A stretch of DNA of 64,000 bases. It comes from Bispira polyomma. Its lineage: Eukaryota. The stretch spans positions 66,898,001-66,962,000 of the forward strand of contig OZ287752.1 of the NCBI GenBank assembly GCA_965649765.1, written 5' to 3'. Positions within the stretch are counted from its first letter, which is position 1. Each line of letters opens with the position of its first letter. Made by a program: the position numbers and the translations under genes. The notes below the pieces were generated by a model that was not told the DNA's origin, ran no database searches, and saw only the letters and a program-made list of their open reading frames with translations. Below are positions 63,452 through 64,000 of this stretch, piece by piece.

Positions 63452-63675
63452 ACCTGCCTTTTGGCAGTATATGAGCTGCTTACTTCCACTAATTTCAATC
63501 TTGAAGGGTTTGTGACACCAGAATTTAAATCCAGCTCCATCAGCACAAGGAGTTCCCTTAGACAGTTGGAGGCATGCTAGAATCTTGATGTAGACCTCTT
63601 AAGTGATGATGAGCTTATCCTTCTTCTTCTTGTCAAGAGCATCATTGTCTATATTGTATTATGTGCTAGTTAATA
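63452..63675 (-). pseudogene. Fragment resembling the N-terminus of Ginger2/KRBA2/NOL4-like integrase-type transposases
   Basis: DALDKKKKDKLIIT*EVYIKILACL..G...AGFKFWCHKPFKIEISGSKQLIYCQK, followed by a donor-like CAG|GTATAT. An exact 34-bp direct repeat lies at 63306 and 63640. Confidence 0.4.
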
Positions 63676-64000
63676 CCAAGAAGGCAAAATTGTTCTTTCT
63701 GATCCTTGATAAAACAGTGGTAGAGAATCTTGTGACTCACTAGATGTGCAAAGTGAAGGGAAAAATAGCTGAGCAGCATTTTACTCAGGTTTTATAAGAT
63801 TTCTCAGCATACATCAAAGTAACACTTCTACCTTTCATCAGATCTCCAGAATCGCTTAATAAGGAAAATATCCCTTTGAAGTTTTCTTTGACATATGGAT
63901 TTAAACATTGGTAATTCATCCCTGAGGACAAATTAAAGAGATGTGTACCAAAAGAATCTTTTCAAGGGTTACATCTACTTATTCATTTCTGAGAACACAT

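Overview
AT-rich, repeat-dense eukaryotic genomic DNA, probably from a lophotrochozoan (mollusc-like) invertebrate; this is inferred from the repeat types present. The only host genes I can support are two same-strand paralogous EamA/SLC35G-like 10-TM transporters, about 47 kb apart. Each has a small start exon encoding an acidic dileucine motif (EQSKLL / EQSKLM), joined by a phase-2 intron to one large exon. Most of the rest is transposon-derived: three Ngaro/DIRS-like tyrosine-recombinase (YR) retroelements, DIRS1-type fragments, a Penelope element ending in a hammerhead-ribozyme core, L2-type and Tx1/L1-type LINEs, a young tRNA-derived SINE family, a Harbinger transposase pseudogene, Helentron-like elements with tandem arrays, several MITEs and foldbacks, a solo LTR, and a Polinton-like PC4 relic. 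The most novel-looking signal is in the Ngaro-like elements. Divergent copies share a phase-1 splice donor in gag and a phase-1 acceptor just before a YR frame that lacks an ATG at its N-terminus, which predicts a spliced Gag-N::recombinase fusion protein. All family assignments come from recognising motifs by eye; no searches were run.
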